A DNA stretch of 63,334 nucleotides, counting the filler, from Basidiobolus ranarum (lineage: Eukaryota), in NCBI GenBank assembly GCA_040143965.1. It is 12 parts of 12 records of this genome, joined end to end, with 100 filler letters (N's around TTAATTAATTAA, not from the genome) between each part and the next. Parts side by side here need not be neighbours in the genome. Positions count along the whole stretch, not along the records: positions 47,604 to 52,783 come from JASJQH010001681.1; positions 52,884 to 58,059 come from JASJQH010001682.1; positions 58,160 to 63,334 come from JASJQH010001683.1; 9 more parts are not named here. The stretch is one strand, 5' to 3'. The notes beneath the pieces were generated by a model that did no database searches, was not told the DNA's origin, and saw only the letters and a program-made list of their open reading frames with translations. Of this stretch, positions 51,266 to 63,334 are shown piece by piece. The position numbers were made by a program, and so were the translations under genes. Each line of letters begins with the position of its first letter. Position 1 is the stretch's first letter.

Positions 51266-51440
51266 TGTAGAAGTATTTTGGGAGCCTGTTGGAAGTGGTT
51301 TGGAGAACTAGAGAAATCAGTGGTTTTTAAACCTCGATTTATTGAGTATTCAGTTGACATTTATAGTTTTGTCAAGATGTAAACAAACCATTGTGTAGAA
51401 TGTGTTAAGGAAGGTCCAGCAAACATGTGTGCAAAGTTTG
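51266..51440 (-). mobile_element. Partial LTR, Copia family A
   Basis: GGGAGCCTGTTGGAAGTGGTTTGGAGAA...GTGTGCAAAGTTTG matches the LTR 3' half. Confidence 0.8.
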
Positions 51441-52663
51441 TTCTTTGGTAATTCACATATAAACTACATATATGCTTTGATTTTCAACCAAGTAATAAAT
51501 GACTAACAACATGTGATAGCCTACATAAGCCATATGAGATACTTGGGTGTAAACAGACAGGGATAATATATAGGATAGATGTTATAAGCTTCAACATATA
51601 GTTCAAGGCGAGGATAACAATTCTACTTGTAATATATTGGAGTTAATACGCATTTTGAATCGCAAAACTGAGATGATTCTGATCAAATAAAGCAGCATGG
51701 CACACTATCTTTTAACGTGTCTCTCTTAACCTTTTAATGGTGGCCTAAATTAAAGAACAACTTGATTTGAGCTTTAAAGTTCGTAAGAAATGTGACCTGA
51801 TAATCCTAACCCTTTAAATGAGGCACACCACTAAGGACCCCACTCACCCTAGGATTGCCATTCATATGTGAGCCGGACCTGGAACATCAAAATACACTGC
51901 TTTTGGATATGTAGGAGGATATGGAGGTGCTAAGAATGGAACCTGACTAATGCGATCGGCCATGCTTACTCCATCCTGATTGAATATCCGAATTATTCCG
52001 ATATTATATGCAGGCATTGAATTTTCAGCACCATCATAACCTAGGCAAGTTACCATTTGTTATTCAACCTAGTCCCGGTATATTGACTGCGAGAACTACT
52101 GGATTCGAGACAATCTCCTCGATTCAGCTAGCTATAATTGTCTGGCTTGATTTTTCGATACTACCCACATTTTAACCGACACGACGTTTTCTGGTGCCTT
52201 TAGTAGCACTAATATTTTGCATAATGTTAGATCACTAGCATACTGGCAAACTTTTAGCAAATACGAATGGCTAGTGGTTAAAATCCAACTAGATGTTACT
52301 TTATGCTTCTTAGTAGGGTTGGCTTCCTTGGGAATGTGATTATCCGATGATCCAGGTATCCGAGCTCCGTTATCTGCCGCGGTAGTGGTCAATAATAACT
52401 TTGCCTACTAGAAATCTAGACAGTAAAACTATATAGTCATCTAGGTCAATCCACTTCCGAAATTAGTAATTGGCGGGATGAAATCAAATAAGGTATATGA
52501 CTTGCTTTATTGGTGACCTTCCAAAGGTAGGTATTACTAGAATAGGTAGATCGAATTCTGGTGAATACTAAATGATAATATAAATATCATTGTGACCATT
52601 GTCAGTTTCTCAATCAATTTTCAACTCAATTTTCTTCTATATTCTCAAATACCTTCAATCGAT

Positions 52664-52783
52664 ATGTTTGGCCGTTCTACCAAAGAGGTAAAAGGTTCAA
52701 CTGACTCATCTCAAGCCGGGTTTTCCGTCTATACTGTCCTGTGTGTATCTATCGCTTGCCTTGTATCATTCAATAATGGCTGG
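52664..52783 (+). CDS. N-terminus of MFS sugar porter (GLUT-like), 3'-truncated
   Basis: YTVLCVSIACLVSFNNGW fits TM1 of sugar porters (a.lgsf..Gy/w); cut by contig end. Confidence 0.6.
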
Positions 52784-52883
52784 NNNNNNNNNNNNNNNNN
52801 NNNNNNNNNNNNNNNNNNNNNNNNNNNTTAATTAATTAANNNNNNNNNNNNNNNNNNNNNNNNNNNNNNNNNNNNNNNNNNNN

Positions 52884-52961
52884 AGCGATTGGCTCTTGGG
52901 CTACTGTATACTGGAGAAAGGTGTGGAAACAAACAGTGAGAACCAATGGACGGAAATACAT
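52884..52961 (-). CDS. N-terminus (signal peptide) of a secreted protein, truncated
   Basis: MYFRPLVLTVCFHTFLQYTVA|QEPIA runs off the contig; TATATAA about 90 bp upstream. Confidence 0.45.
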
Positions 52962-55085
52962 TCTGGGAGATGGAAATTCTTGTATCAGAAAACTGGATGG
53001 GTTGTCAAATTCTAGACTGTCAGATTAAAAGCCCAAGACATCCAAGGGTTATATAGAAGTTTGGAAAGGGATCTTGAAGGTGCGGAAATTTTTCTTCGAT
53101 GACCTTGATAAGATGTACTATGGAGTGAAGAAATAGGGGCGTTCATAAGCGTACTTGCATGTGCATCGATATCCGTTATAATTCTATCACTGAATTCCTC
53201 TTACGTCTATTAATACGATTGATCTGTCGACAGTTCGTTTAGGCTTGAGTTTCTTGTCAAGGATGAAGCGTGAACTTGGTCACATATCTTTGGTTGGATA
53301 TTTTTGAATCAAGTTTGTTAAGGATACAAGTGAATCAAGAGTTCCCGGAGAATATCTCCAGCCAGAATGAAACCTGAATTTGACATGATCCAAAGAACAT
53401 AACGGCACAGTTGATGCAAGCGAGCAGTTCGATTTGATCTTGTTCCTACCCTGAACGATCAGTAGTGTACTGTTCTGATCTGTATGAGAGATTTCAATTC
53501 TATTACGTTAAAGGGTATATTCAGTGGTACACAAGAGAGCTTGGTTACAAAGCTAGGTCATGGAGGCAGCAGATGAGTCAATATTTGCGGAATATGCTAC
53601 CATACTTCCACCTTGTGAAGGCAAAGCTCTTGTTAGTGTCAGCATTGACTCTATCTGGTCATATCCGAGATCATCGTGCTTAAAAAATGCGATAGGTTTT
53701 TTGTATTGAAAATATCGAAAACTCGAAATACGTTTAAATCCCGTACTTTCCTAATTGGTTTGATGACAACAATCCTATCCCTCTTCCATTCATCAATTCA
53801 ATATATCTGAGCTAGTGTCTTTATGCCCTGCCTTCTTGATTACTCACTATTTGTTACACAGTTACTTATGCTCACATCCATAAACATGGCTGGAATTGCA
53901 TAATAGAGTAACTAAATAGTGATCTATTTTGAGCAGCTAATTTATTGTTTTGATGGGGAAGAGTTTCTGGTTGAAACTGCAATATATAACTTGCTAATTC
54001 TCAAGCCTGTCCAAGCCTTTTCTGAAATTATATTCTATTTGCAGTGTTGCTTCATTCCCTTTAGTAACATACATATATATGTAGTATCTCACATAATATA
54101 TGACCGAAATAATTCCACATTTCTACTAAGCAAAACTGGCTGTATTTCTCAATTTGTTGCAGACACTCTGGCTACTTTGCAACTTACACTAATGCAATAT
54201 CTGTCAAAACTAAATGCCAAGATGCATATATCTTAATATTTCCATGTATTCATGGAATGAAGATTATAGATATTATATATAGAGTTCAGATCCGCATACC
54301 ACCAAGATGTACATGAATATAGAGTGAGAAGCTTTACTGTTTCATGTGTTTATGATCATTGAACTTTACAAATAGTCCTGCTATCCAATGCAAGAAGATT
54401 GAAATAGCTCAAATTTCTTTGATAACTACAAGAGTCAGTAAACATTGCAATACAACTCTGTCAAAACTCGTGTTACAACCAATATTTATAAAATAGAATA
54501 AAGTACATGGACATCTCCTAGAGTTCAGTTGACTGAATTTTGTCTAATTTGAAACAATATTACTTCCTTACCACAACGTATACAGTCAATATCGAACACG
54601 AAATTGCCTACCACTAGTTCTGGTGCTCACACCTCAAAACTTTAGAGGAAATTTCCGAACGATATAGATATTAAACATGATACTGAAAAATATCCGTTTC
54701 AAAAGGAATATCGGGAAATAATAGTGTTTAATCAATAGAATATGAAAAATGCAAAGATGTAACAATGTCGAAAATAACCAACGACCTTTTAAAGGATCTT
54801 TCCACAATCTAAGCACTTTCTACCTAAATCTCTACCTTAATCCCCTGAGAACATTCCCTACCTTTCTCTCTTGGTTCATTCATCTTTCAGATGGATGTTG
54901 GCTCGAGTAGATTAATAACGCAATAAAACACTTTAACTTCATAACTATATAAAGCGAATTCGATCCTATTACAATCGGGCCAGCGAATAATTAAGTACCT
55001 ACTACGAATACGCTACTGATTCCATTCGAAAAACTTGGCCGTTGGAAAGTAACATTTATCTCAAAAAACTCTACAGTTGTGTTAA

Positions 55086-55919
55086 ATGTTTCGAATACGG
55101 CATAGCAAACTAATTGCGTGGAGTCTAGGATTTGTAAACGTCTGGAGGTTGGTTTCGACACTAAACATAGGAGACCAATGCGTACCTAATCCAAATGTAC
55201 AAGCACACGAAAAGGGGCCTTGCCAGAATTACACACTGGCCTGTGATCCTATGAGTAACTTATGTACGCTTAAAGGTTGTAAGCTGAATGAGTCTCCTGT
55301 AGGTTGGCCTGCAGAATGGCAAAGTCCTATACCTTGTAACATTGAGCTTGAATTCTGTCCAGATAATCAACTTAAATGTTTACCCAAAATCAAGACTGGG
55401 GATATATGTTCTCCTGGAAGAGATGATTCGTGCGTGGATAGAGCAAGTGTATGCTTGAATCAGCGTTGTGTTCTAAAAAATGCCCAACTAAATCAACCCT
55501 GTAGACTCGATAACACCACCATTTTTGGCGTCAATCGAGATGATTGTTTGAAAGGTAGCTTCTGTTCTAGCAGCAACCTTACGTGCTCTGGTGCGTATAA
55601 CAATGGAGAGAAATGTATAGAGGATCGTCAGTGTCTTTCTAATAATTGTCATGATCGTAGTAAAATTTGTACAGATGGAGAAGAATATAATTATATCCCC
55701 ATTTGGGCATACGTTTTGGCTGGCATTGGGGTTCTTGCCATGATCTTTATCATTATCTTGATACTGTACTTTCGCAAACGACGTAGAATGTCTGAATACA
55801 AGAAGGCACTTCAACAACGGAACGCCTCACAAATCGAAACCTATCCTTACAATTTAGGTGTTGCAAATAATTCGAATGAATTTGTAACTATCATTCCTGA
55901 GCCACAATTGGACAACTAA
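55086..55919 (+). CDS. Cys-rich type I membrane protein, 277 aa, intronless
   Basis: Signal peptide, Cys-rich ectodomain (FCPD, RDDSC, CxEDxQCLSNNC), one TM helix, basic RKRRR stop-transfer; TATATAAA at about 54947. Confidence 0.8.
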   Translation: MFRIRHSKLIAWSLGFVNVWRLVSTLNIGDQCVPNPNVQAHEKGPCQNYTLACDPMSNLCTLKGCKLNESPVGWPAEWQSPIPCNIELEFCPDNQLKCLPKIKTGDICSPGRDDSCVDRASVCLNQRCVLKNAQLNQPCRLDNTTIFGVNRDDCLKGSFCSSSNLTCSGAYNNGEKCIEDRQCLSNNCHDRSKICTDGEEYNYIPIWAYVLAGIGVLAMIFIIILILYFRKRRRMSEYKKALQQRNASQIETYPYNLGVANNSNEFVTIIPEPQLDN

Positions 55920-56369
55920 CCGCTTATAATTTCCCCGATAAATACGTGATACAACAGGCGGCTATCTCCAAGTGCATCACAATCTAGACTGGTTTAAACA
56001 CATATTTAAAGAATGTATTATACACCAACACATGGCCGAAAATAAACATCACCTCGTTTAAATGACTAGTCCTACTCACTACCTATTACTATAGATGACC
56101 CGCTGGGTAAAGGAATCCCCACCAATGCATTACTTCTCTGCTAGCAGTGCCTTCTGCACAGAGCATTGTGAGAATGCATTCACCAATTCATAGGCCACCT
56201 CAAACATACATTGTACTAATATTGGGGTCACGGGATCCTGTGATTGATAACAGCTTACTTCTTGACCTGTAAATCCATCGCATCTAGCAAGCGATGCTTT
56301 CCTGAATACCAAATCAGTCCAATATTAAATTGGTTATAGCTTACTAAATAGGCCAAGCTATCGTTAATC

Positions 56370-57333
56370 TTGATTATCAAGATGAAGACTGGATTAGTCA
56401 GTCTAGAAAGGACTTTCCAAAGGCGACCTTACGGAAGGTAGATGTAGCCGTGATGGTCAAGCCATCAGTTACCAATGCTGTTGAGGGCGAGAATCAGAAG
56501 GAGTAGCCTTATGAACAAGCTAAAGGTTCTCAGGATCCCACTAGGCCTTGTGACATCAATACGCTTACTAACCTAGTCATGCTTTCGGAAATGATACTAA
56601 TGGAGGTTCTATCGGCATTGCCAAATCGGTGAAGATCTCGTTAACCATGCCTCACTAATGCAAGCCTTGACAGCATTTGGACCTTGGGCCCTTGATGCTG
56701 GTGACCTTTCCCATATATATGCTTAGGCTGGAGAGTGCGACTTATGATTGGCAAATATCTTCGAGCTCTAGTCAGGTCTACTATTACGTCGGTTAACTTT
56801 ATCTAGACTAAAGACTTCATTAAGCTTTGTCAAATAGTACCTAGGAAGTTGCTTTAGAATATTTTAGGGATGGTGACTCATCTAGTGGTCAAGACCAAAA
56901 TGGTAAAAGCCCAAAGTCCTTCGAAGAGATGGTATTCTGTGCTGGAATGAATCTGGCCAAGTTGGCTCTCGAAGCTGTGGCAATGGTATCGGATTCAGTT
57001 TCGGTAATTCTAAACATGAACTAGCGATATCTCCACGTATACATTCTACTACAAGCAGACATGTGATTTAATATACTATCAATATAATCTATGTTTAGCT
57101 GAGACCTCGTACATCGGGTAAGAATCAATCTTATACCATCCCCAAGAACACCATTCTCATTGGCGCTTGCAGGAACCGTTATGGGCAAGGCCCATTTAAA
57201 GGACAAAGTGACATCAGATTGGAATTTGAGACCAGATCAAGAGGGCTATAGTGTAATCAGGAGACTCATCTTGTACGGGAGAACACTTAAGCCGTACGGG
57301 CCATTGATAGATGAAATGAAGGGAATCTTGTGA
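56370..57333 (+). pseudogene. Possible decayed BadF/GlcNAc-kinase-like (ASKHA) gene
   Basis: Fragments HAFGNDTNGGSIGIAK, EVALEYFRDGD...CAGMNLAKLALEAV, an intron-like GTAATT..TTAG, and FSLALAGTVM...YG; in-frame stops. Family call is tentative. Confidence 0.25.
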
Positions 57334-58159
57334 TGGAAATTATCAGGAAGAGATCTGCAAATTTACAACTGAGCCATTTCTAGAGGTGATACTCTTGGGC
57401 GGTGTGATATCGTTCAGGTCAGCAATAAAACATTAAATGTATACTTCGAATGGATAGATTATTGTAGTTCATATATTAAGAGTACAGGCTCTAGGCTGGC
57501 ACCCAGCTCATGCTATTATTAGACGCAGAGTCTCAATTGTCAATCCTTACAATGCTACTATTTGAACGCTTTGAAACTATTCATCCAGACCCCCGCATAT
57601 CATATGAACTTGACTTCGTTGAAGCCCAATCCATAGGTTGTGAGAGGCAATGTAGAGTCAACCAAAGAAGTGCAAACATCCAAGGGATCGCAAAGAGCCT
57701 AGATTAAGAATCCTGTCATCTGGTGATATACTTCGATAGCATTATCTCCAGACTCAGGTGAGTTACACATCAAGACAATGCAACGTTCAGATATGATTAA
57801 GGTGTTTGTGAGGTTTAATACCCAGTACCACCAATACTATCGATTCTCAGCAGTCATTTCTTTGATACAACAATATATTGTCAATATCGAATTTGCTTCC
57901 TAATTTGCCTATATTTATTGTACAGGACGTACAACAAGCCCAATCATCTTATATATACTGTGAGACGTTTTAAAGCTCACGAGAATTATATTGAAATTAC
58001 TATCCGGAGCAATGACACAATGAAAAACGGCAATGGCTAGTATATTAGATTTCTAATTTNNNNNNNNNNNNNNNNNNNNNNNNNNNNNNNNNNNNNNNNN
58101 NNNTTAATTAATTAANNNNNNNNNNNNNNNNNNNNNNNNNNNNNNNNNNNNNNNNNNNN

Positions 58160-58198
58160 TACTCATGCTGGTGCAGGGTTCGATCCCCGTGGTAACTA
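58160..58198 (+). tRNA. tRNA-like 3' fragment (B-box/T-loop), degenerate and truncated
   Basis: GGGTTCGATCCCC T-arm motif at the contig start; stem imperfect and 5' half missing. Confidence 0.25.
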
Positions 58199-60323
58199 CT
58201 GGACTCTTGAGTTCCTCGGAATGGATCAAAATAGAATTGACTATTCTCGCGTCCCAACCTGCCCTTAGTAGTACAGGTATATGCCTTGAACATGATTATA
58301 AATATAGAGTAAAAGGAATTCTCCCTTGAGCAATATGTACCTTAGAGTACGATTCATGATTTTAAGGTAATAAACGACTAACCAGTTTTAGATAATGATT
58401 CTTTTACTAGAATATTATGTCATATACTCTGTACGCAATCCGAAAAGTAACTACTTTCAAATTCCTCAGCAGGAGCCGTAAAATAAAAACTTTTACGACT
58501 TCCTTCCAGTATGCGCCAAGTACTAAAGCAATGCAAAGTTATTGATATTATAGCCTGCTCCTTCACCAATCTTGAAATTCCAGAATATATTTGCCAACCT
58601 CAAGGATCGAGCCACTGGTTGCATGCGGTATTAGTTGAGTGTATCCTCAGATTGATTGCTAATTCTTGAGTTGTTACAATACCTTGATGAGCATATTTAA
58701 GAGATAAATCTGATACTTGTATTGCGAACAATAGCATAAGATTTGATAAGATTACAGATAGTTAAGGAATCTAGAAAAGTAAAATGGCGACAATACCGGT
58801 ATTTGAACCGTATGACGAAAATCGTGATTCAAGTACTAAATGTCACTTTTTGTCGGGCTCTAAATTCGTACCATTTTCTATAAATGTACGGCTTTCGATG
58901 TTCATTCTATATATAATGTGTACCTCATGTAAAGAGCTCCAATTACCATGATGTGATACAGAACTAATATAACCGCGGATGTGCTACGGATGAACTCGCC
59001 TTTGTGTACTTGAATATACGAATTGGTGAAACATCCTCGAATACCTAAAGCCAGCGCAGACTGGCAAAAATAAATGCTAACAACAATAATAATGTGCAAA
59101 AGTTGGTCTAGGAAAAAGGTGGCGACGATCTTGATGGTACATCCAGCTACACTCTAAATCACCATTCATTCAACTTGGATCTGAGGACTTCAGTCGAATT
59201 CAGTTATGCATAGGTCCAATTGTCATACACACATATATGCAACTATTACTCTCTCCTTCAATGGCACCGCCTTTCAACGGTAATCATGATGTCAAACCCT
59301 TGTATATTTTCATGCTTTACTTTGTCATTGGAAACCACGCGATATTAAGCATGTGGGTTGTGTCTCAACAACCCTAATACTGAATCGCCATTCACTCCAT
59401 TCTGATTCAAATTCTACATCATCGATATGCTTTAGACATCTGACAAAAGGAGGAGGCCAAGCCTCCTTCAGTCGGCATATGTCTTACCGCAAATAGGCCT
59501 GCATGCTTGATGCATCAAAGTGTGGATCATCGCCATAGACTAGTATCGCTTCCACTAGTCCCACTTTGTCCTCATTAGCGCATCATTTCCATAGGCAACT
59601 CCGTCTTCCCTTAATCCTAGTTTCAGTCTTCTCTCCCTCCTGTCTCCTGGCCCTGACACTACCATCACCATGCTCATTCCCGTTGTTACCACAATCGCAA
59701 CTCTTATTATCATTATTAATATCAAGCCAAGTTACTAGATTACTCCGATATATTCCCCCGAAATTTGAGTAACCAAAGTCTAATGTCTACATTATGAAAC
59801 CTAAGAATTATGCTATCCAACATTTGAGAGACATATGGCACCTTCCTCATTCAGAGTTACGGAATGACTGGCGAAATGTGAAATGGATGTTGAAGTATCT
59901 GATTATTCCAAGTTGTACCAATTCAATGAAATGTTACAAATGTTGACCGAGGGATACGGGACTCTGTTACCCCATCTGAATCGGATGTGTTGGGTATCGG
60001 TGGAATTTTGAGAGTTTTCGAAACTCCCGCGTTTCAAGCATTATAAGCCGAATTCTAAAATTTCTTACAACACTAAAAAGATTCAATTTATTAGAACCAT
60101 CTTGATGACTCTTGTCACAGGAAAAGTATATCGAATAAAAAGTGGATTGAAGTGGTGACCAGATCATGGAATCCAGCTGAACATGAAAAGTTCACAATTA
60201 AACTAAGTACCTCAAATGTTGGGTGCTTCGAAGCACTGATTAATAAATTCGAACTATATACAACGTCGAAAAGTATGGATATTTAGACATAAATTAAAAA
60301 AGGTTGAACTACTACTATTATAA

Positions 60324-61109
60324 CTAAACGCACGCTGCTCTACGAGGCACAGCGGCGGTATTGGACTCAGTTGATTCAGAACTATTATTCTCTAGCTTCA
60401 GGGTCTTCTCATGATCGACCAGTTGATAAACAAGGCTCATATTGGGAGAGATGGTTGAGCTTCGCGCCTTGACAAAGGAATATGCTTCATTAACATTCAT
60501 ACGAAGTGTTCTCATAACGTAGGCGATGATCAAGCTGACAGATCGAGAGACTCCACATTGGCAGTGAACCAGCACTGAAATACCACGGGAGCGGGCCTCG
60601 TCGATGTAAGCGAAGGCAGCTTCAAAAAAGTCATTTATATTCTCTTGATTATGTCCCCAGGCAAACTTCTTATAACGAAGATTACGAAGATCAGAGCCCA
60701 GTTCCAAGGTAATGTTGGAATCACAACTTTGAGGGTCTGTAACGTAGGGATTCTTGACCTCTTTGGCGACATTGAGGATGTAATGAATGTTGTATTTGCG
60801 CAGATTCTCCTTGCTGGAGGCGTTGGACTCTGTTCCAAGATAAAGACCCGGTAAAATACAGACGGGGCCATTGATATAAGGAGAATCGTAGTTCATTAAA
60901 TTTTCTTTGCCGAGGGTTGGGATCGTGGAACGACGAATCGAGCTAACTGAATGTTTTGGAGTTGGGGGAACTAAAGACTGTACGGCGCTGCTCGAAAGAG
61001 CTAGCGAGAGATTTTTGGAATTTCTATTTTTCATTGCCATCACAGGTTTTTTTGGAAGGGAACCTGAAGATAGACGACTGATTGAGTGACTAGGAAAAGC
61101 TAAGGTCAT
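60324..61109 (-). CDS. Dual-specificity MAPK phosphatase (Pmp1/Msg5-like), 261 aa
   Basis: Catalytic VLVHCQCGVSRS, AYVM, ISPN..L..QL; docking-like KNRNSKNLSLAL and Y.NGPVCI. Confidence 0.92.
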   Translation of the reverse strand: MTLAFPSHSISRLSSGSLPKKPVMAMKNRNSKNLSLALSSSAVQSLVPPTPKHSVSSIRRSTIPTLGKENLMNYDSPYINGPVCILPGLYLGTESNASSKENLRKYNIHYILNVAKEVKNPYVTDPQSCDSNITLELGSDLRNLRYKKFAWGHNQENINDFFEAAFAYIDEARSRGISVLVHCQCGVSRSVSLIIAYVMRTLRMNVNEAYSFVKARSSTISPNMSLVYQLVDHEKTLKLENNSSESTESNTAAVPRRAACV

Positions 61110-62973
61110 ATTGCGTAAGTTCTATGTGGTGAATGCGTATCAAGATAGAAGATTAAGGTTCTAGGTGGACAATTGCTTGGGCTTGCCAGTCAATATAGAA
61201 AAATTCTAAGTAAATGGAGACTGAATATATGTTGACTCCGAGAGGTCACATTTATATAGGAAATTGAATCTGCAATGAAACACTAGTCTGGGTTACGGAT
61301 GAATAAAAATAGACGCAAACTTGAGATAACGATGCCTTTCTAAATGTATGGAGTGTTTTAAGAGCACCAAAATGATGCATTCTTTGCCTCATCAAGGAAA
61401 GCACCGAATCATAGAATTACATGACCTATCCTATATGAGCCCCTTTTAGAGATGTATAATTGGATACTATAATTGGAGGCAAATAAGTAGTGTCCTACCG
61501 AATTAGATTAATTGCCTAAACCTCTCACTGGTTCGTAATGAATTTAATGCGAACAAAATCAAGCTCCCAGTCAATAGACGTGAGGGATAGTTTATGTAGC
61601 GGCTATTAATGATGACCAGGAATCCAGCTCCATCGACAGTTATTTACTGTGCCGCTGAACGGCGTGTCAGCTAAGGATGTCGGGAAATACTCATGCAACA
61701 AGCATGAGTGCAACTTCACTCCGATTGGAATTCACCCTTTTTCCCTTCTTCAACAACGCAGAAATGAATGCCCCGACTACAACTATTCATTACCAACAGA
61801 TGTCACGCATCTAGCCAACGCTGTCTCTAAACCAAACCATCCCTGAGTAGTGTTTTCTTCAACTGAGGAGTGGAGGTGATCTATATTGGTAGCACAGATG
61901 GTCATCTATATGTCACTAGAATAAGTGGCAACTAACAACACTCTAAATGAAAGTATTGGGTCCCATAGTTAACAACGAGCAGCTAGCTTGATTAATCTCA
62001 CACAGATCTATTACGAATCGCTGTGTATGGCTTTTTATAGTACTCTTAAAATCCCACAATAAAGTTGGCCTTTAGTAGAACGGAACACCACTCGACGATG
62101 GTAGTGACCTTTGTTTCAGAGAGCAACTACGAATACACATCCTCATATAGCAGTGATAGTGCCAAAAGGTTATATCTAAATGAACCAATCATAGTCTGTC
62201 AGGTTTATGAGCCTTGACAAAACGAAATCTCTGGAGTTGTCCCAAAAGGCTCTCTGAATAGGCTGTGAAGAACGGCAATCACACCACATGACAGCAGGAT
62301 TTCTTCGCGTTCTACTAATGCATACCTCGCATAGCTACTAGTGGTACACAATACTGGTGATCGCAAACGATGGATATGAAGAGTGCACTATATCCATGCT
62401 AGGGAATTGGTCGTCAATGACATACTTCTCTCTTCCACCAATCTCGAATTCTGTTCATCCTAATTTTAAAATAGTATCGTTTGTGTAACTGAATTAGCAA
62501 GCTAGAAGATCATTGCTCAATGTGGTCGGACCCGACCAATTAATGTATGTAGTAAGTGTATATCTAAATGTGTATGTGATTATTAATCTAGCCTCCAATC
62601 GCTACGCGCCAGATAAAATTGAATTTCTTGATCGAAAAGAACTCTGGGATATTTATAAAACCAATTCAAATCCAAACTTTAATACGTATTAAGAAGATGA
62701 AGAAAATCTATTAAATTCAACTTCCCATGCGACCGCATTGGGCGCAACTCAGAGGAGTACAATGATCACGTAGCACTAATACGTCGAATAGTACAAGAGT
62801 CTAGACTCTCCTGCTTTCATTGTATACCATACTTTTGTTATGTGTATTCTGTGTATGGTCTGCACTATCCTTCTATCCCTGATTTGGGACGAGTTAGTTG
62901 TAGTAGTAATTTCGTCTCGCTCATGACGCCATGGTAATACATTCGTGCTTTAGATTCGTATCATCATGTACCC

Positions 62974-63334
62974 TTATGCTGCTAATAATAAGATAATATT
63001 GTTTTCTGCGAACATAATGAGTTCTATGTCTGTTAGGCATACCAAAATAGAGGCATCTATAATCTCTAAGCATTGTGAAAGATGCAGCAGGGAATGTATT
63101 GAATACCGGCATAGATTCAGTCTATCTTCTTTAAACCTGTAATAAAGTTTTTCATATCCAATTACAAAATCTTTGCACAGTTGCTGTATCTGCCTGAGAT
63201 CTGCCAATGTGAGTTGATGCTGTAAGAATATATTAACAATATCCACAAACAACTCCCAATGTTGCCAATACTTATCAGGCAGAAATCTTTTCAAAATTCC
63301 ACTTGAATATATACAAATCCAATACTTCCAGTCT
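62974..63334 (-). pseudogene. CACTA/Tnp2-type transposase C-terminal relic, truncated
   Basis: RFLPDKYWQHWELFVDIV...FV.GYEKLYY....RL.LC.YSIHSLLHL fits fungal Tnp2 C-terminal motifs; strongly CpG-depleted. Confidence 0.75.

Overview
This is not one continuous locus. It is 12 unlinked eukaryotic contigs of about 5.2 kb, in non-increasing length order (5197 to 5175 bp), joined by 11 artificial 100-nt spacers (N44-TTAATTAATTAA-N44). Short GT-AG introns and gene content point to a non-Dikarya fungus; Zoopagomycota (Basidiobolus-like) is my inference. Recognisable genes: tyrosinase (partial), CipC-like protein, alpha-arrestin, Pho84, Glo3 ArfGAP, Cas1p O-acetyltransferase, methylmalonyl-CoA epimerase, a YdcZ-like DMT fragment, a GCP6-like gamma-tubulin complex protein, Rab8/Sec4 (partial), a KIAA0930/DUF2045 protein, a multicopper oxidase (partial), an SDR, a sugar porter (partial), a Cys-rich membrane protein and a MAPK phosphatase. 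They are interspersed with almost CpG-free repeat blocks: two Ty1/Copia LTR families, CACTA/Tnp2 relics, a 182-bp MITE and a CCC-ended long-TIR element. I see no clear new multi-gene system. The most notable signals are a U12-type (minor spliceosome) intron in the Rab gene, strong repeat-restricted CpG decay, a B12-pathway enzyme, and a Copia gag start codon formed by the LTR/PBS junction.
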